Assembly (NCBI GenBank): GCA_040954595.2 | Contig: CM082588.2 | Coordinates: 3,534,056-3,598,055, forward strand | Reading direction: 5' to 3' | From: Balanoglossus misakiensis | Taxonomy: Eukaryota; Animalia; Hemichordata | DNA length: 64,000 nucleotides | Shown: piece by piece, positions 56,301 through 64,000 of the stretch | Layout of the letters: each line of letters opens with the position of its first letter | Position numbering within the stretch: position 1 is the stretch's first letter | The notes under the pieces: model-generated | The model's database searches: none | Told to the model about the DNA's origin: nothing | The model's input: only the letters and a program-made list of their open reading frames with translations | Program-made: the position numbers and the translations under genes

Positions 56301-59300
56301 AAAAACCACCAAATTTTGAAATTTCGCGAAGTCGAAAAATTGACATTTCTGGATGATTTTCATGAGCTATAACCCATGGTTTTTGTCGAAAAACCACCAA
56401 ATTTTGAAATTTCGCGAAGTCGAAAAATTGACATTTCTGGATGATTTTCATGAGCTATAACCCATGGTTTTTGTCGAAAAACCACCAAATTTTGAAATTT
56501 CGCGAAGTCGAAAAATTGACATTTCTGGATGATTTTCATGAGCTATAACCCATGGTTTTTGTCGAAAAACCACCAAATTTTGAAATTTCGCGAAGTCGAA
56601 AAATTGACATTTCTGGATGATTTTCATGAGCTATAACCCATGGTTTTTGTCGAAAAACCACCAAATTTTGAAATTTCGCGAAGTCGAAAAATTGACATTT
56701 CTGGATGATTTTCATGAGCTATAACCCATGGTTTTTGTCGAAAAACCACCAAATTTTGAAATTTCGCGAAGTCGAAAAATTGACATTTCTGGATGATTTT
56801 CATGAGCTATAACCCATGGTTTTTGTCGAAAAACCACCAAATTTTGAAATTTCGCGAAGTCGAAAAATTGACATTTCTGGATGATTTTCATGAGCTATAA
56901 CCCATGGTTTTTGTCGAAAAACCACCAAATTTTGAAATTTCGCGAAGTCGAAAAATTGACATTTCTGGATGATTTTCATGAGCTATAACCCATGGTTTTT
57001 GTCGAAAAACCACCAAATTTTGAAATTTCGCGAAGTCGAAAAATTGACATTTCTGGATGATTTTCATGAGCTATAACCCATGGTTTTTGTCGAAAAACCA
57101 CCAAATTTTGAAATTTCGCGAAGTCGAAAAATTGACATTTCTGGATGATTTTCATGAGCTATAACCCATGGTTTTTGTCGAAAAACCACCAAATTTTGAA
57201 ATTTCGCGAAGTCGAAAAATTGACATTTCTGGATGATTTTCATGAGCTATAACCCATGGTTTTTGTCGAAAAACCACCAAATTTTGAAATTTCGCGAAGT
57301 CGAAAAATTGACATTTCTGGATGATTTTCATGAGCTATAACCCATGGTTTTTGTCGAAAAACCACCAAATTTTGAAATTTCGCGAAGTCGAAAAATTGAC
57401 ATTTCTGGATGATTTTCATGAGCTATAACCCATGGTTTTTGTCGAAAAACCACCAAATTTTGAAATTTCGCGAAGTCGAAAAATTGACATTTCTGGATGA
57501 TTTTCATGAGCTATAACCCATGGTTTTTGTCGAAAAACCACCAAATTTTGAAATTTCGCGAAGTCGAAAAATTGACATTTCTGGATGATTTTCATGAGCT
57601 ATAACCCATGGTTTTTGTCGAAAAACCACCAAATTTTGAAATTTCGCGAAGTCGAAAAATTGACATTTCTGGATGATTTTCATGAGCTATAACCCATGGT
57701 TTTTGTCGAAAAACCACCAAATTTTGAAATTTCGCGAAGTCGAAAAATTGACATTTCTGGATGATTTTCATGAGCTATAACCCATGGTTTTTGTCGAAAA
57801 ACCACCAAATTTTGAAATTTCGCGAAGTCGAAAAATTGACATTTCTGGATGATTTTCATGAGCTATAACCCATGGTTTTTGTCGAAAAACCACCAAATTT
57901 TGAAATTTCGCGAAGTCGAAAAATTGACATTTCTGGATGATTTTCATGAGCTATAACCCATGGTTTTTGTCGAAAAACCACCAAATTTTGAAATTTCGCG
58001 AAGTCGAAAAATTGACATTTCTGGATGATTTTCATGAGCTATAACCCATGGTTTTTGTCGAAAAACCACCAAATTTTGAAATTTCGCGAAGTCGAAAAAT
58101 TGACATTTCTGGATGATTTTCATGAGCTATAACCCATGGTTTTTGTCGAAAAACCACCAAATTTTGAAATTTCGCGAAGTCGAAAAATTGACATTTCTGG
58201 ATGATTTTCATGAGCTATAACCCATGGTTTTTGTCGAAAAACCACCAAATTTTGAAATTTCGCGAAGTCGAAAAATTGACATTTCTGGATGATTTTCATG
58301 AGCTATAACCCATGGTTTTTGTCGAAAAACCACCAAATTTTGAAATTTCGCGAAGTCGAAAAATTGACATTTCTGGATGATTTTCATGAGCTATAACCCA
58401 TGGTTTTTGTCGAAAAACCACCAAATTTTGAAATTTCGCGAAGTCGAAAAATTGACATTTCTGGATGATTTTCATGAGCTATAACCCATGGTTTTTGTCG
58501 AAAAACCACCAAATTTTGAAATTTCGCGAAGTCGAAAAATTGACATTTCTGGATGATTTTCATGAGCTATAACCCATGGTTTTTGTCGAAAAACCACCAA
58601 ATTTTGAAATTTCGCGAAGTCGAAAAATTGACATTTCTGGATGATTTTCATGAGCTATAACCCATGGTTTTTGTCGAAAAACCACCAAATTTTGAAATTT
58701 CGCGAAGTCGAAAAATTGACATTTCTGGATGATTTTCATGAGCTATAACCCATGGTTTTTGTCGAAAAACCACCAAATTTTGAAATTTCGCGAAGTCGAA
58801 AAATTGACATTTCTGGATGATTTTCATGAGCTATAACCCATGGTTTTTGTCGAAAAACCACCAAATTTTGAAATTTCGCGAAGTCGAAAAATTGACATTT
58901 CTGGATGATTTTCATGAGCTATAACCCATGGTTTTTGTCGAAAAACCACCAAATTTTGAAATTTCGCGAAGTCGAAAAATTGACATTTCTGGATGATTTT
59001 CATGAGCTATAACCCATGGTTTTTGTCGAAAAACCACCAAATTTTGAAATTTCGCGAAGTCGAAAAATTGACATTTCTGGATGATTTTCATGAGCTATAA
59101 CCCATGGTTTTTGTCGAAAAACCACCAAATTTTGAAATTTCGCGAAGTCGAAAAATTGACATTTCTGGATGATTTTCATGAGCTATAACCCATGGTTTTG
59201 TCGAAAAACCACCAAATTTTGAAATTTCGCGAAGTCGAAAAATTGACATTTCTGGATGATTTTCATGAGCTATAACCCATGGTTTTTGTCGAAAAACCAC

Positions 59301-61320
59301 CAAATTTTGAAATTTCGCGAAGTCGAAAAATTGACATTTCTGGATGATTTTCATGAGCTATAACCCATGGTTTTTGTCGAAAAACCACCAAATTTTGAAA
59401 TTTCGCGAAGTCGAAAAATTGACATTTCTGGATGATTTTCATGAGCTATAACCCATGGTTTTTGTCGAAAAACCACCAAATTTTGAAATTTCGCGAAGTC
59501 GAAAAATTGACATTTCTGGATGATTTTCCTGAGCTATAACCCATGGTTTTTGTCGAAAAACCACCAAATTTTGAAATTTCGCGAAGTCGAAAAATTGACA
59601 TTTCTGGATGATTTTCCTGAGCTATAACCCATGGTTTTTGTCGAAAAACCACCAAATTTTGAAATTTCGCGAAGTCGAAAAATTGACATTTCTGGATGAT
59701 TTTCCTGAGCTATAACCCATGGTTTTTGTCGAAAAACCACCAAATTTTGAAATTTCGCGAAGTCGAAAAATTGACATTTCTGGATGATTTTCATGAGCTA
59801 TAACCCATGGTTTTTGTCGAAAAACCACCAAATTTTGAAATTTCGCGAAGTCGAAAAATTGACATTTCTGGATGATTTTCATGAGCTATAACCCATGGTT
59901 TTTGTCGAAAAACCACCAAATTTTGAAATTTCGCGAAGTCGAAAATTGACATTTCTGGATGATTTTCATGAGCTATAACCCATGGTTTTTGTCGAAAAAC
60001 CACCAAAATTTTGAAATTTCGCGAAGTCGAAAAATTGACATTTCTGGATGATTTTCATGAGCTATAACCCATGGTTTTTGTCGAAAAACCACCAAATTTT
60101 GAAATTTCGCGAAGTCGAAAAATTGACATTTCTGGATGATTTTCATGAGCTATAACCCATGGTTTTTGTCGAAAAACCACCAAATTTTGAAATTTCGCGA
60201 AGTCGAAAAATTGACATTTCTGGATGATTTTCATGAGCTATAACCCATGGTTTTTGTCGAAAAACCACCAAATTTTGAAATTTCGCGAAGTCGAAAAATT
60301 GACATTTCTGGATGATTTTCATGAGCTATAACCCATGGTTTTTGTCGAAAAACCACCAAATTTTGAAATTTCGCGAAGTCGAAAAATTGACATTTCTGGA
60401 TGATTTTCCTGAGCTATAACCCATGGTTTTTGTCGAAAAACCACCAAATTTTGAAATTTCGCGAAGTCGAAAAATTGACATTTCTGGATGATTTTCCTGA
60501 GCTATAACCCATGGTTTTTGTCGAAAAACCACCAAATTTTGAAATTTCGCGAAGTCGAAAAATTGACATTTCTGGATGATTTTCCTGAGCTATAACCCAT
60601 GGTTTTTGTCGAAAAACCACCAAATTTTGAAATTTCGCGAAGTCGAAAAATTGACATTTCTGGATGATTTTCCTGAGCTATAACCCATGGTTTTTGTCGA
60701 AAAACCACCAAATTTTGAAATTTCGCGAAGTCGAAAAATTGACATTTCTGGATGATTTTCATGAGCTATAACCCATGGTTTTTGTCGAAAAACCACCAAA
60801 TTTTGAAATTTCGCGAAGTCGAAAAATTGACATTTCTGGATGATTTTCATGAGCTATAACCCATGGTTTTTGTCGAAAAACCACCAAATTTTGAAATTTC
60901 GCGAAGTCGAAAAATTGACATTTCTGGATGATTTTCATGAGCTATAACCCATGGTTTTTGTCGAAAATCACCAAATTTTGAAATTTCGCGAAGTCGAAAA
61001 ATTGACATTTCTGGATGATTTTCATGAGCTATAACCCATGGTTTTTGTCGAAAAACCACCAAATTTTGAAATTTCGCGAAGTCGAAAAATTGACATTTCT
61101 GGATGATTTTCATGAGCTATAACCCATGGTTTTTGTCGAAAAACCACCAAATTTTGAAATTTCGCGAAGTCGAAAAATTGACATTTCTGGATGATTTTCA
61201 TGAGCTATAACCCATGGGTTTTTGTCAAAAAATCACCAAATTTTGAAATTTCGCGAAGTCGAAAAATTGACATTTCTGGATGATTTTCATGAGCTATAAC
61301 CCATGGGTTTTTGTCAGGAA
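47369..61320 (-). repeat. Satellite subfamily B (88 bp), about 158 copies, inverted relative to A and preceded by one inverted A monomer
   Basis: Plus-strand monomer CATGAGCTATAACCCATGGTTTTTGTCGAAAAACCACCAAATTTTGAAATTTCGCGAAGTCGAAAAATTGACATTTCTGGATGATTTT. Its reverse complement aligns to A with about 13 substitutions and 1 indel (hand alignment). Confidence 0.97.
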
Positions 61321-61549
61321 AACTCATCAAATTTGAAATTTTTCGACTTTGCTGAAAAATTGAAAATTCTGGATGATTTTATGAAATATGAAAACCCATG
61401 GGTTTATGTCGGGAATCATCAAAAAATTGACAATTTTCGCGAAGTCGAAAAATCAAAATTTGGCGATTTTTGAAAAAAACCATGGGTTTAGTCAGAAAAT
61501 CACAAAGAAATTTTCAAAATGACAATTTATTTTGAAAAACCAGGTTTTC

Positions 61550-64000
61550 AAAAATCAAAATTTGGCCGATTTTTGAAAAAAACCATGGGTTATAGCTCAG
61601 GAAATCATCAAAAAATGACAATTTTTCGACTTTGCGGAAAATCAAAATTTGGCCGATTTTTGAAAAAAACCATGGGTTATAGCTCAGGAAATCATCAAAA
61701 AATGACAATTTTTCGACTTTGCTGAAAATCAAAATTTGGCCGATTTTTGAAAAAAACCATGGGTTATAGCTCAGGAAATCATCAAAAAATGACAATTTTT
61801 CGACTTTGCGGAAAATCAAAATTTGGCCGATTTTTGAAAAAAACCATGGGTTATAGCTCAGGAAATCATCAAAAAATGACAATTTTTCGACTTTGCGGAA
61901 AATCAAAATTTGGCCGATTTTTGAAAAAAACCATGGGTTATAGCTCAGGAAATCATCAAAAAATGACAATTTTTCGACTTTGCGGAAAATCAAAATTTGG
62001 CCGATTTTTGAAAAAAACCATGGGTTATAGCTCAGGAAATCATCAAAAAATGACAATTTTTCGACTTTGCGGAAAATCAAAATTTGGCCGATTTTTGAAA
62101 AAAACCATGGGTTATAGCTCAGGAAATCATCAAAAAATGACAATTTTTCGACTTTGCGGAAAATCAAAATTTGGCCGATTTTTGAAAAAAACCATGGGTT
62201 ATAGCTCAGGAAATCATCAAAAAATGACAATTTTTCGACTTTGCGGAAAATCAAAATTTGGCCGATTTTTGAAAAAAACCATGGGTTATAGCTCAGGAAA
62301 TCATCAAAAAATGACAATTTTTCGACTTTGCGGAAAATCAAAATTTGGCCGATTTTTGAAAAAAACATGGGTTATAGCTCAGGAAATCATCAAAAAATGA
62401 CAATTTTTCCACTTTGCGGAAAATCAAAATTTGGCCTGATTTTTGAAAAAAACCATGGGTTATAGCTCAGGAAATCATCAAAAATGACAATTTTTCGACT
62501 TTGCGGAAAATCAAAATTTGGCCGATTTTTGAAAAAAACCATGGGTTATAGCTCAGGAAATCATCAAAAAATGACAATTTTTCGACTTTGCGGAAAATCA
62601 AAATTTGGCCGATTTTTGAAAAAAACCATGGGTTATAGCTCAGGAAATCATCAAAAAATGACAATTTTTCGACTTTGCGGAAAATCAAAATTTGGCCGAT
62701 TTTTGAAAAAAACCATGGGTTATAGCTCAGGAAATCATCAAAAAATGACAATTTTTCCACTTTGCGGAAAATCAAAATTTGGCCGATTTTTGAAAAAAAC
62801 CATGGGTTATAGCTCAGGAAATCATCAAAAAATGACAATTTTTCCACTTTGCGGAAAATCAAAATTTGGCCGATTTTTGAAAAAAACCATGGGTTATAGC
62901 TCAGGAAATCATCAAAAAATGACAATTTTTCGACTTTGCGGAAAATCAAAATTTGGCCGATTTTTGAAAAAAACCATGGGTTATAGCTCAGGAAATCATC
63001 AAAAAATGACAATTTTTCGACTTTGCGGAAAATCAAAATTTGGCCGATTTTTGAAAAAAACCATGGGTTATAGCTCAGGAAATCATCAAAAATGACAATT
63101 TTTCGACTTTGCGGAAAATCAAAATTTGGCCGATTTTTGAAAAAAAACCATGGGTTATAGCTCAGGAAATCATCAAAAAATGACAATTTTTCGACTTTGC
63201 GGAAAATCAAAATTTGGCCGATTTTTGAAAAAAACCATGGGTTATAGCTCAGGAAATCATCAAAAAATGACAATTTTTCGACTTTGCGGAAAATCAAAAT
63301 TTGGCCGATTTTTGAAAAAAACCATGGGTTATAGCTCAGGAAATCATCAAAAAATGACAATTTTTCGACTTTGCGGAAAATCAAAATTTGGCCGATTTTT
63401 GAAAAAAACATGGGTTATAGCTCAGGAAATCATCAAAAAATGACAATTTTTCGACTTTGCGGAAAATCAAAATTTGGCCGATTTTTGAAAAAAACATGGG
63501 TTATAGCTCAGGAAATCATCAAAAAATGACAATTTTTCGACTTTGCGGAAAATCAAAATTTGGCCGATTTTGAAAAAAACCATGGGTTATAGCTCAGGAA
63601 ATCATCAAAAAATGACAATTTTTCGACTTTGCGGAAAATCAAAATTTGGCCGATTTTTGAAAAAAACATGGGTTATAGCTCAGGAAATCATCAAAAAATG
63701 ACAATTTTCCGACTTTGCGGAAAATCAAAATTTTGGCCGATTTTTGAAAAAAAACATGGGTTATAGCTCAGGAAATCATCAAAAAATGACAATTTTTCGA
63801 CTTTGCGGAAAATCAAATTTGGCCGATTTTTGAAAAAAACATGGTTATAGCTCAGGAAATCATCAAAAATGACAATTTTCGACTTTGCGGAAAATCAAAA
63901 TTTGCCGATTACTTCTTCACGAGAAATGTGTTATAGCTCAGGATATTCATCAAAAATGGACAATTTTCGACTTTTGCGGGAACAATCAAAATTTTGGCCT
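61550..64000 (+). repeat. Satellite subfamily A (87 bp), right block, about 28 copies, runs to the window end
   Basis: Same monomer and orientation as the left A block. The last ~150 bp are noisy. Confidence 0.96.

Noticed and set aside
47326-61113. Repeated MKIIQKCQFF/MVVFRQKPW ORFs
   Set aside because: Translations of the 88-bp satellite.
61514-63443. Long ORFs of 200-314 aa with 29-aa repeats on both strands
   Set aside because: They result from an 87-bp (3n) satellite monomer lacking stops in some frames and are broken by homopolymer indels. They are not genes.
43745-64000. CRISPR-like regular repeats
   Set aside because: Head-to-tail tandem monomers with no unique spacers, no cas genes, and a eukaryotic context.

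Overview
Eukaryotic (metazoan) genomic window. Gene structure and repeat style suggest a marine invertebrate, possibly a deuterostome, but this is inference only. Bases 1-6.7 kb hold the 5' part of an intron-rich HFM1/MER3 meiotic helicase gene on the minus strand. It has 20 phase-consistent coding exons in the window, and one intron has a U12 minor-spliceosome donor. Bases 10.8-16.5 kb hold a 4-exon, 493-aa secreted, acidic, dibasic-site-rich prohormone or granin-like neuropeptide precursor that I cannot assign to a known family. Its promoter is compact, with TATA/Inr, ETS-CRE and two octamers. Bases 17-43 kb have no recognisable protein-coding gene but contain MITE relics, microsatellites, X-boxes, promoter-like islands and a candidate Pol III small-RNA unit. 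Bases 43.7-64 kb are a satellite domain. It starts with an 86-bp array containing a duplicated 12-mer higher-order repeat, followed by about 0.9 kb of unique DNA with exon-like segments. An 87/88-bp satellite then follows, in which a near-invariant ~14-kb subfamily (B) lies inverted between two blocks of a sister subfamily (A), with a fold-back palindromic junction. This is a centromere-like architecture.
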